Shown here in pieces: positions 1-8,903 of a stretch of 64,000 bases of DNA (the first letter of the stretch is position 1; every line of letters begins with the position of its first letter). A program made the position numbers and the translations under genes. The stretch covers positions 41,734-105,733 of the forward strand of contig CAZFBK010000001.1 of the NCBI GenBank assembly GCA_964517065.1, given 5' to 3'. Under the pieces are notes generated by a model that was not told the origin of the DNA, ran no database searches, and saw only the letters and a program-made list of their open reading frames with translations. The stretch comes from an uncultured Gammaproteobacteria bacterium. Its GTDB lineage: Bacteria > Patescibacteriota > Patescibacteriia > UBA1558 > 2-01-FULL-52-15.

Positions 1-187
1 TCATACTAAGCCAGCCCAGACCGATAGGATTGGGATATCTGACCGTATCGCTGCTGACAATGGCATTCCAAGACCATTTACGAATATTATCATCACTACC
101 GCCCCAGGCCAGTCTGCCCACAGCTAATAATCCTAGTCCAACGACGAGGCCTGAAATAATAACGATGGTAAATCTAAAATGTTTCAT
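1..187 (-). CDS. Partial (runs off window) secreted surface protein, CPR 'W.W...GW(I/L)S' type
   Basis: ATG at 187-185 overlaps the TGA of the upstream ORF (TGATG). Manual translation MKHFRFTIVIISGLVVGLGLLAVGRLAWGGSDDNIRKWSWNA...IGLGWLSM has a signal-like N-terminus and is open to the window edge. Confidence 0.75.
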   Translation of the reverse strand, partial: MKHFRFTIVIISGLVVGLGLLAVGRLAWGGSDDNIRKWSWNAIVSSDTVRYPNPIGLGWLSM

Positions 188-1707
188 CAGCATCCTCCTC
201 CATTATTGCGGCAGGCAGTAATTATATTTTGCAAATCAGTACTGTTCAAGCGCGTACCGCCGATCGTGATACCAGTAGCGCTGACCGTAATCTCACCATC
301 AATCTGAACGCCGGTAATACTGTTTAATGTGATATTGCCACCAATACGCAAATCATTACCGATCTGCAGTTCATTATTGATTGTAGCAGTACTGAGTAAC
401 AATGTCCCCAAATAACCACCCGTAGCACGCGTCAGACCCGTTACCTGAAGCTGATAGTCAGGAGCTGTCACGCCGATACCGACATTAGTCCGAGCTGCAT
501 CCGAGACATTGCTGGCCTGATAGTAGACGGTTTGTCCGTTGAGAAGCCATTGACTGACTACGGGCACACCGGCCTGAGTCTGCCAGCCGCAATTATCTTT
601 ATCTTTGTCACAGAGCAATCGATCACCCCAGTAAAGAGAATCAGCCGATGGGATCATGCCAGCTGAAGTCGTAGCGGACTGTAAACTGTTGTGACGCAGA
701 CCAACTCCTGCGATCGGACCGAAATTGATATATTGATCAGTTGCTGTCTGGTTTTTCATACTATTGAAACGACCATGAATTTCTACCGGTGTGCCATTGG
801 CTGAGGCGGCCAAAATACCTGGGCCAGTACCACCATGCAGACCATAGATACCCGACCAGAGACTATTGGCTGACTTGGCTTCACCATAGAGCGCCACCGG
901 CGTACCGATATGACTACCGCCGCCGTTAGAAACAATCACCGCTGGAGCCTGACCGGTCTGAGTGGCAGCCGGTGTGCTGGTGCTGTAGCTGGCCACGACA
1001 TTGATAATTCTGTTGCCATTCATATTCAAATTCATACCAGCAGTATGCGGCTTGATGAGACCCAAATTATCCGCCACGAAAGAGCCAGTCAACGCAAAAC
1101 CACAATTTGGCAGCGTATTATCGCATAGAAGCGATGAGCCATAATACAGTGATCTAGTAGCAGCTTGGCTGGCAGCAGTTGTGCCCAGTACATTACCCTG
1201 TGTCGCTAGAGCATTCTGACCAAGTTGCAATTGCGGATTCTGCGTACCTTGTCCCTCAAGTACCAGCGTGTCATAGAGCTGGGCGCTGATCGCACCGGTG
1301 CTATTGGTCACGAGACCGTAGCCGTTCGTACCGCCCGTACCACGGTTAAAAGCTCCAACAGTAGCTCTACCAGAGCCAACGTCAGTAGAGCTCTCAGCAT
1401 ACAAACCAAGCTGAGTACTATCTATATCTAGACCAAGTCCTGCTCCTGTGGCTGCAGCGCTTAAGCTTGGGCTGGTACCGCCGGACTTAGTGCCGATACC
1501 CATGATCGGCCAACCATTCATATTGAGATTAAACTGCGCCTGATGATTACCAAGATTATCTCCGGCCAAGGTAGTAATATTCGGAATCTGACTTTTCGGC
1601 GGGGCGAAGCTCGGATCGGTCCAGGTCTGAGCACTGATCCATTGAGCCAAGCCAAAACAAGCTATGAGACTGAGCGTGCTGATGATGGGGAAACGATAGC
1701 TTGTCAT
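187..1707 (-). CDS. Secreted fibre/adhesin-like repeat protein
   Basis: Signal peptide, W..P..APP motif, two GDNLGNH/LYWG..LLCD..NCG modules, NVGIG motif; paralog of the next two ORFs. Confidence 0.7.
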   Translation of the reverse strand: MTSYRFPIISTLSLIACFGLAQWISAQTWTDPSFAPPKSQIPNITTLAGDNLGNHQAQFNLNMNGWPIMGIGTKSGGTSPSLSAAATGAGLGLDIDSTQLGLYAESSTDVGSGRATVGAFNRGTGGTNGYGLVTNSTGAISAQLYDTLVLEGQGTQNPQLQLGQNALATQGNVLGTTAASQAATRSLYYGSSLLCDNTLPNCGFALTGSFVADNLGLIKPHTAGMNLNMNGNRIINVVASYSTSTPAATQTGQAPAVIVSNGGGSHIGTPVALYGEAKSANSLWSGIYGLHGGTGPGILAASANGTPVEIHGRFNSMKNQTATDQYINFGPIAGVGLRHNSLQSATTSAGMIPSADSLYWGDRLLCDKDKDNCGWQTQAGVPVVSQWLLNGQTVYYQASNVSDAARTNVGIGVTAPDYQLQVTGLTRATGGYLGTLLLSTATINNELQIGNDLRIGGNITLNSITGVQIDGEITVSATGITIGGTRLNSTDLQNIITACRNNGGGC

Positions 1708-1708
1708 A

Positions 1709-4138
1709 TTAACTGTTGGACCAAGTGATTAATGTTTGCAATAGGCCTCTATCTAACTTCACACCTCCAATATTGATGATGCCAACGCCGGAATTCAGAG
1801 TACCTACGGTCAAAGTAACATCGCCGCGAACGGAAAGACCGCTACGAAGATATATATTGCCGTTATTAGTCATGTCACTAGAAACAACCACTGAGTCCGT
1901 TAGGGCATATCCAAGATTTAAATTTTGAAATGATGCCGCAGAAGATAAAGGACCAAAAACAAAGAGATCGTCGTTACCGTTACCACTAGCATCATCATTA
2001 TATGCATATCCATACGGTCCTCTAATTGCTAAACTATAAAGTCCATAATTACCGAAATCCTTACCCACGACCAAAGCCATATTTGCCGGATTATTAATGT
2101 CAATAATATCTAGGTCATGGAATGTCCCATTTCCAGTATTTCCTGAGGCTGTCGCATGTGTGATATAAGCATACCGACCAACCAAATAGATACTGGAAAT
2201 ATGGGTCCCCGAGAGTAACTCGGTCACATCGACAGAGTCGAGCTGAGTTGGACTTGAAGGATTTGAGGCATCCCAAGACTGTATCTTGGCGGAACTTGGG
2301 CTAAATATACTACAACCGATAAACAAAATGTTGCCACGAACAGCTATTGTATCGGTTGCTAAACCACCACATTTATTGGATTTCGACATTAGAAGCGGCA
2401 AAGCGGGGTTACTCAAACTCACAATACCATCAAGTGAGTACAAATAGTCTCCTTCGATTACCATATCAGCCGTATTTATCGTTGTGATGGACTCATCAAC
2501 TAAGACAGGTACTGCTGGATTTGTAATATTTACAACTGAAAGCTTCGATCCTCCGATATACGCATATTGCCCTTTAACAATAACTCTAATAGTCCGGCTA
2601 TTATTTACTAAATTGAATGATGTTACAATAGTAGAATTTTGAATATCTACAATGATAAGTGACGTATCAGACCCGAAGCCACTAGTGCCATGCGCAATAT
2701 AAGCGTAAGAACCGACTACATCAATGGAGGCTGTATCTGTATCAAAAGTTGCTGGGCTCAAATTGATTGATCTTACAAACGAGGGCACTCGCGGATTAGC
2801 AAGATTATATATATTAATACCTTCTTTTGTTAGAACATACAGCACTCCATCTTCGATATCTGTCATATCACTACCAAATGAATATTGTCCGCCTCCATCA
2901 CCGCCAGCTACACCTAATGAGATGTTCTGTGTCGATAAATTAAAGTCAAAAGGACTTAAAACTTCTAACTTTGCTTGCTGACCAATACCGCCAATACTCG
3001 TAATCCTGTCGTTAAATAGATTACCGCCGATCAGAGTCCAGAGACTTGGCGTACCGGCAACGGCGCTCCAGCCACAATTTGATTTACTGCTATCGCACAA
3101 CAGCTTATCACCCCAATAGAGATTCTGATCTGCTGCTGAGATCGGCGTCAGAGCCAAACTAGCATTGTGAACCGGTTTACCGAACGTCAATTGAGGTAAA
3201 GTTGTACTAGCTGCTTCTGTCAGGAGCTTCATCCGGCCATAGAGCGAGATACCAGGTCCAAAGATCGACTGACCAGTGACACCATAGCCTGTCCCGCTGT
3301 TGTAGCCCGAGGCAGCCACGGCCGGAGCAGCGATAGTATTGATCGCCACGATGCCGTTGACATTTTGCGAGACAGCGCTCAAGCCAGGACCAAAGTTGGA
3401 AGCACCGATACCGACATGAGTGAGCTGCAGGCTGCTGGTCGCCAGGACAGTCCCTATTTTATTTTGCAGGTTGATCAAGCTATGCTGCATCATGTTGAGG
3501 TTGAACTGAGCAGTATGATTACCGAGATTATCACCGAGTGAAGCTTTGACCCGACCACAATCAGCCTGACCCATATCGCACAATGGCATCATGCCCCAAT
3601 ACAAGCTACCGGCAGCAGCCGATCCAGCGCTAGCGGTACTGAGATAGTTGGTACTACCGGTGCCCCATTGGACTCGAGCCGGTATACCGATACTGCTGGT
3701 CGCCAATTGTAGCGCTTGGCCAAATTGCGCTGCCCATCCTCGCGTAGAACTTGCCATCAGCGCGTAGCCAGTACCAAGATTGCGCGCGAGGACAGCAGGC
3801 TGATCATTGGCCTGAGATTGTACTTCGGTACCGAAATTATTACTAGCGGTGATCAACGCGGCGATTGTTGAGTTGGAGGAAGTGGCTGTCAGAGCCCGAT
3901 CCGTACCATGATTATTCACGCCATAGAGACGATGACCTGTCAGATTCAAATCCATCCTGGCCTGATGATCACCCAGACCATCGTAGCCGCCAGCACTCAA
4001 GACATCGATGTCGCCGTTATTCGGTGGCGTAGCTGTCGGATTGATCCAAGTCGTAGCCATAGTCAAACCAATACCGCCAAACACGGTCAGGATACTGCTG
4101 ATGATATATGTTAATGCTTTGACGTGTTTCATGGACAA
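1709..4138 (-). CDS. Secreted fibre-like protein with LVIVD-repeat (beta-propeller) domain
   Basis: Same N-terminal modules; repeats such as YAYIA..LIIVDI and LSVVNITNPAVP. Confidence 0.75.
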   Translation of the reverse strand: MSMKHVKALTYIISSILTVFGGIGLTMATTWINPTATPPNNGDIDVLSAGGYDGLGDHQARMDLNLTGHRLYGVNNHGTDRALTATSSNSTIAALITASNNFGTEVQSQANDQPAVLARNLGTGYALMASSTRGWAAQFGQALQLATSSIGIPARVQWGTGSTNYLSTASAGSAAAGSLYWGMMPLCDMGQADCGRVKASLGDNLGNHTAQFNLNMMQHSLINLQNKIGTVLATSSLQLTHVGIGASNFGPGLSAVSQNVNGIVAINTIAAPAVAASGYNSGTGYGVTGQSIFGPGISLYGRMKLLTEAASTTLPQLTFGKPVHNASLALTPISAADQNLYWGDKLLCDSSKSNCGWSAVAGTPSLWTLIGGNLFNDRITSIGGIGQQAKLEVLSPFDFNLSTQNISLGVAGGDGGGQYSFGSDMTDIEDGVLYVLTKEGINIYNLANPRVPSFVRSINLSPATFDTDTASIDVVGSYAYIAHGTSGFGSDTSLIIVDIQNSTIVTSFNLVNNSRTIRVIVKGQYAYIGGSKLSVVNITNPAVPVLVDESITTINTADMVIEGDYLYSLDGIVSLSNPALPLLMSKSNKCGGLATDTIAVRGNILFIGCSIFSPSSAKIQSWDASNPSSPTQLDSVDVTELLSGTHISSIYLVGRYAYITHATASGNTGNGTFHDLDIIDINNPANMALVVGKDFGNYGLYSLAIRGPYGYAYNDDASGNGNDDLFVFGPLSSAASFQNLNLGYALTDSVVVSSDMTNNGNIYLRSGLSVRGDVTLTVGTLNSGVGIINIGGVKLDRGLLQTLITWSNS

Positions 4139-6597
4139 GGGTTAGTGGCTACTGAACGGCACTTAGTGAAAATTTTATCAAGCGCAGTTTTGTCCAGCGC
4201 CAAATCCTGTAGTTGCAATCCGCTGGCGTTCAGATCCACGCTCCCCATCACCGTCAGTCCACGGACACCGACGCCGATTGATTTGGCGGTGACATTGCCG
4301 GCGATATCCATATTACCAAGCACTGACAGTGTGTCGAAGGTACCGTTAGTAGCAACAGCGGAGCTCACTTGGAGACCTTGATTGTTACGTATTGATAATT
4401 GATTATTAGTGCGATCGGCCAGATAGAGCCAGCGACCAGCTATAGCTAATTTGCCGGCATCTCCAGCATCATAGGGATTAATCGTATTATTGATTCTATA
4501 CATACCAGTATTTGCAGGATCATTAATATTAAAAATCTGCAGCCCATCAGACAAAACATAAGCATAGTCATCTATCACCTGCAGGCCGTATGCCGGCGTA
4601 TTAAAATCATCAGAGAATCTTCCTGCAGCAACTCCGTCACTTAGATTAAATACATACAAACTATCTCCCGCTCCATAGATATATGAACCTCGAATCACAA
4701 CCGATGATAGCGTCGACGGAGTTGAGAGACGAGGAGCTGGACTCGGCTGACTCGGGTCAAGCAGATCAGACAGCCTGTAAACTTTCAGACCAAATAATGT
4801 ATCAGCGATCGCCACGTCATTACCCAAGATTGACAAACCTCGTGGCTGATCCAGATTAGCACTCGAGTTCATGGTTTTCTTAACGACAGGAGCGCTTGGT
4901 TTAGTAATATCGATGACCTGTAGACCTCCTCCACCAACAGTCAGATCATACAACAAAATAGCGTAGTGTCCGACAACCTGCACATCGGTAGCATAGAGAC
5001 TAGCACTGACGCCGGCCAAGGCTGCAGATGAACCGACTGGTGTCGGAAGACTAGGATTATAAATATCCACGACCCGCAGACCTATAGTTGTAGCTAGGTA
5101 AGCATAACGACCACTCACGGTCAGTCCCCAAGTCGGACTTGGTATTGCAACTCGACCAATCGAAACCGGCGCACCAGCGACACTGATATTATAAATTTGC
5201 AAACTATTACTGGTAGCCACATAGGCTGTGCTATCACGGACAACCACCGCATTCACGGTGCCACTTGTCGGAGTGATATCACTCAGATTATAGCGGCTAC
5301 TCGGCTCACCAGAGACATAGCTATGGCCGATATCAAGCTTGGTAGCGACACTCGTATCTGCTGCGCGTCCTATCAGCACACCTTTCGTACTATCCACACC
5401 ACTCGGATCAGCTGGATAATGAATACCCTTGGGATTATCTTCCCATTTCCCAGGCGTACCTGACCCTTGAGCCCAGCCACAGTTCACTTTACTAGCGTCA
5501 CACAGCAAAGCATTACCCCAATACAAATTTGACGTTGGGTTACCAGCCAGAGCCGAGACGTTAAGATTATTTTTGCTGTCAGGTCCGAACTGAATCTGAG
5601 CTTTGACGCTGGTAGTACCGTTATAATTCATAATCTCCAGAGGACCATAGGACCGTCCACCGTTGCCCAGCGTTGATGCTCCCAGCAAGGCCAGACCAGT
5701 TTTGGTACTGGTAGCATAGAGACCGGCGTGAGCAGATGTCCCGGCTGTTGATTGGGTGAAAATACCATGCTGATCAGCAGAAATAGCACTAATGGTGGTA
5801 CTAGCTAGTGTACCAGTGGCGATAATTGCAGCATCAGCGCCATTTAGTGAATTAGATCCGATATTAAAAATAGTTTTACCACTCATATTCAGCGTCTGTG
5901 TAGCGATATGATTACCCAGACCATCACCCGCAGCTCCCGCCAAAATCCAACCACAATTCGGCAAAGTCACATCACACAGGAGATTGCTACCCCAATACAG
6001 ATTATTTTCAGCGTTATTTGTTTGAGCGTTGGCTGACAGTAGATTATTGAGATTATTACCAAAAATTAAACCTGAGCTGACGTTGGTCAACCCAAATAAT
6101 TGGGCACTCAGGTGGGAGGCTGAGTCAGCGATCAGACTAGGATACCCCTGACCGTTACCCGTATGCAGTCCACTATATGCCGAATTATTAGACAGCGTGA
6201 CACTTTTCAAAGCAAAAAAATCTGTGGCCCCCAGAGAAACCCCCATCTTATCACTACTGACCTGGAGTGCGGGATCTGCCCCCGAATCTCCAATGCCATA
6301 GATGCGATATCCGGGATTCGTATCAGGGCTCAATCGCAAAAGTTTCCCCGCTTCATGAGGATTGTTCAAACCAAGGTTATCACCACTGCCTGATTGAATA
6401 GTCTGGACGGTGGTGTTGTCCGGCGGTGGACTGGGAGACATAATCCAGGTTTGCGCGCTGACAACTACCCAGCTACCGACGATAGTGATACTGACAGAAA
6501 AAACAATGAGTGCGATAAATCCAGCACCAGATTCACTGGAAGTCTGACGTTGAAAAAAAACTTTGCAAATAGCTTGAATCTTTTTAATTATAGACAT
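4129..6597 (-). CDS. Secreted fibre-like protein with LVIVD-repeat domain
   Basis: N-terminal TM, GDNLG/GDGLGNH modules, GLRVVDIYNPSLP and GLQVIDITKPSAP repeats. Confidence 0.75.
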   Translation of the reverse strand: MSIIKKIQAICKVFFQRQTSSESGAGFIALIVFSVSITIVGSWVVVSAQTWIMSPSPPPDNTTVQTIQSGSGDNLGLNNPHEAGKLLRLSPDTNPGYRIYGIGDSGADPALQVSSDKMGVSLGATDFFALKSVTLSNNSAYSGLHTGNGQGYPSLIADSASHLSAQLFGLTNVSSGLIFGNNLNNLLSANAQTNNAENNLYWGSNLLCDVTLPNCGWILAGAAGDGLGNHIATQTLNMSGKTIFNIGSNSLNGADAAIIATGTLASTTISAISADQHGIFTQSTAGTSAHAGLYATSTKTGLALLGASTLGNGGRSYGPLEIMNYNGTTSVKAQIQFGPDSKNNLNVSALAGNPTSNLYWGNALLCDASKVNCGWAQGSGTPGKWEDNPKGIHYPADPSGVDSTKGVLIGRAADTSVATKLDIGHSYVSGEPSSRYNLSDITPTSGTVNAVVVRDSTAYVATSNSLQIYNISVAGAPVSIGRVAIPSPTWGLTVSGRYAYLATTIGLRVVDIYNPSLPTPVGSSAALAGVSASLYATDVQVVGHYAILLYDLTVGGGGLQVIDITKPSAPVVKKTMNSSANLDQPRGLSILGNDVAIADTLFGLKVYRLSDLLDPSQPSPAPRLSTPSTLSSVVIRGSYIYGAGDSLYVFNLSDGVAAGRFSDDFNTPAYGLQVIDDYAYVLSDGLQIFNINDPANTGMYRINNTINPYDAGDAGKLAIAGRWLYLADRTNNQLSIRNNQGLQVSSAVATNGTFDTLSVLGNMDIAGNVTAKSIGVGVRGLTVMGSVDLNASGLQLQDLALDKTALDKIFTKCRSVATNPCP

Positions 6598-6680
6598 AGC
6601 TTACGTGTGAAACTGGTGCTGGATAAAACGTCGCAGAGATAAAAATCAAATAAAATATACTTCTATATTTTACCATAAAA

Positions 6681-6710
6681 TTGACTGAATAACCAAGTAT
6701 CAACTATAAT
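6681..6710 (+). promoter_or_regulatory. Sigma70 promoter, probably leaderless
   Basis: TTGACT-18 bp-TATAAT, 6 nt before ATG 6717. Confidence 0.6.
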
Positions 6711-6716
6711 GAACTC

Positions 6717-7193
6717 ATGAATTCATCTCACAAAAAAATCATTCTCTGGAGCTTAGCTGTCATTGTCATACTGATCAGCCTTGTCACCGTCTACCTAAGA
6801 CAAAAAAAAGCCTCCACTCCACCGGCTCATCCACCTATTGATGAACAGCTAAAAAGCATCGGACAACTACAACCTTTAGAACCAAATGAAATTTTCGCGA
6901 CGACAGGACAGATCAAGCAGATCTCTGGTGATCGCACCACACTCCTTGTAGCGACGACCCGAGGTGATAAGACGGTAACACTGTCATCAAATACTATCCT
7001 GCAACGAGAAACGAATAATGGTAGACCATCTAGCCCTCCTCCGGCACTTTCAGACCGTGACACCCCACCTCAGACCACACAGACTGTCTCTACCAAGGAT
7101 CTACAGGTCGGCCAAGGTATCAAAGTCGAGAGCTTGACGAATATCAGCGGTTTAAGTACATTTACGGTTAATAAGCTAACTATTATTTACTAA
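6717..7193 (+). CDS. Membrane-anchored hypothetical protein (possible OB-fold/DUF5666-like)
   Basis: N-terminal TM; beta-rich C-terminus with DLQVGQ.I.V pattern. Confidence 0.65.
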   Translation: MNSSHKKIILWSLAVIVILISLVTVYLRQKKASTPPAHPPIDEQLKSIGQLQPLEPNEIFATTGQIKQISGDRTTLLVATTRGDKTVTLSSNTILQRETNNGRPSSPPPALSDRDTPPQTTQTVSTKDLQVGQGIKVESLTNISGLSTFTVNKLTIIY

Positions 7194-7197
7194 TTCT

Positions 7198-7752
7198 ATG
7201 ACTATCCCTTATATCATCGTTGGCCTAATCGTTTTGGTCCTTTTATGGCTCATAATGACCTATAATGGCCTGATTCAGAAGAAAAACCAGGTACACGAAG
7301 GCTGGTCCGACATCGATGTCCAGCTCAAACGTCGCTATGACCTGATCCCAAATCTAGTACAAGCAGTCAAAGGCTACATGGGTCATGAAGAGGGTGTGCT
7401 CACCAAAGTAACTGAAGCACGCAACATGGCCATGAAAGCTGACAGCGCCGGAGCCAAATCTGATGCAGAGAATGCCTTATCCGGCACACTGAAAACTCTC
7501 TTCGCGGTGGCTGAGCAATATCCAGACCTCAAAGCCTCGACTAACTTCGCTCAGCTACAGGATGAACTATCTGACACTGAGAACAAAATTCAGGCAGCGC
7601 GTCGCTTCTATAACGGTCAGGTGCGCGACTTCAACACCGCTATTCAGGTCTTCCCTACCTCTCTCTTCGCCTCAATGTTCCAGATGAAATCCTTCGATTT
7701 CTTTGGACTAGCGAATGAAACTGAACGTGAGAACGTCAAGGTACAGTTTTAG
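7198..7752 (+). CDS. lemA: LemA family protein
   Basis: WSDIDVQLKRRYDLIPNLV, AVAEQYPDLKAS, ARRFYN motifs. Confidence 0.97.
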   Translation: MTIPYIIVGLIVLVLLWLIMTYNGLIQKKNQVHEGWSDIDVQLKRRYDLIPNLVQAVKGYMGHEEGVLTKVTEARNMAMKADSAGAKSDAENALSGTLKTLFAVAEQYPDLKASTNFAQLQDELSDTENKIQAARRFYNGQVRDFNTAIQVFPTSLFASMFQMKSFDFFGLANETERENVKVQF

Positions 7753-7845
7753 CAGAAGCAAGGGATCCTATCTCCAAGGTTTCAGTTAGACTATCACCGA
7801 GGTCTGCCCTTACTACCTACTTCTTACTACTTACTACAATCTATA

Positions 7846-8754
7846 ATGTATAACCAAATCGCCGCTAATAAGCGTCAAAGTTTTTTCTTAATGATTCTCT
7901 TCGCTGCTGTGGTCATCGGCTTGGCTTATTTTTTCAGCTGGTATCTGCAGTCTGGCTATGGTCTCGTTGTAGCAGCTGTTGGTTTCTCACTGGTGAGCTC
8001 ACTGATCAGCTTTTACGCCAGTGACAAAATTGCACTTGGCATTGCAGGAGCAAAAGCTATCCAACAGCAGGACAACCCGTATGTCTATCGTTTGGTGGAA
8101 AATCTGGCCATCACCGCCGGCATTCCTGCGCCCAAAATCTACCTGATCCCTGATACAGCTTTGAATGCGTTTGCCACGGGACGTGATCCGCGCCACGCCT
8201 CTATTGCGCTGACGACTGGTATCGTGGAGGCTCTGAAAAACGAAGAGCTCGAAGGCGTCATCGCTCATGAACTATCGCATATCAAAAACTTCGATACGCG
8301 ACTGATGACCGTCGCCATCATCTGCGTCGGTATCGTCACATTATTGGCCAACATCATGAGCAGAAACATGATGTGGGGCGGACGGCGCCGATCCAATAAT
8401 GATAACTCGCTCGGTGGGGTTTTGATCATTGTCGGTATCATTCTGGGAATCCTCGCTCCTCTCTTTGCCAAACTACTACAACTAGCAGTCTCACGTCAGC
8501 GAGAATATCTAGCTGACGCTTCCGGTGTGCTCCTCACGAGATATCCTGAAGGCTTGGCGAGTGCTTTGGAAAAAATCAGTCACAGCGAACCTATTCAACA
8601 TAATAATCAAGCCACCGCTCATCTGTATATTTCTGAACCAACTGGAGAGCCATTACCAACAGAAGGCAGCAAAAAATCGCGTGGTTTTTCCAGCTTATTC
8701 TCCACTCACCCTCCTATTGCTGATCGCATCAAACGGTTACGAACGATGGGCTAA
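7846..8754 (+). CDS. htpX: HtpX M48 zinc metalloprotease
   Basis: NAFATG, AHELSH (HEXXH), SRQREYLADA, STHPP. Confidence 0.95.
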   Translation: MYNQIAANKRQSFFLMILFAAVVIGLAYFFSWYLQSGYGLVVAAVGFSLVSSLISFYASDKIALGIAGAKAIQQQDNPYVYRLVENLAITAGIPAPKIYLIPDTALNAFATGRDPRHASIALTTGIVEALKNEELEGVIAHELSHIKNFDTRLMTVAIICVGIVTLLANIMSRNMMWGGRRRSNNDNSLGGVLIIVGIILGILAPLFAKLLQLAVSRQREYLADASGVLLTRYPEGLASALEKISHSEPIQHNNQATAHLYISEPTGEPLPTEGSKKSRGFSSLFSTHPPIADRIKRLRTMG

Positions 8755-8756
8755 GT

Positions 8757-8864
8757 AATAAAGTAAAAATCAAAATGCAAAAATAAAGAGCAAAAATAAT
8801 AAATCTATTCGCGAGACCTTTTTTAATTTTAATTTAAAATTTTTGCATTTTGCAATTTGATTTA
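8757..8864. repeat. AT-rich palindromic element (CAAAATGCAAAA...TTTTGCATTTTG)
   Basis: Self-complementary arms; a similar copy lies in inverted orientation at ~12106-12210. Confidence 0.7.
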
Positions 8865-8903
8865 GTCTTGACCGAACACATTTTTTCTGATTAAAATAAA
8901 CTC

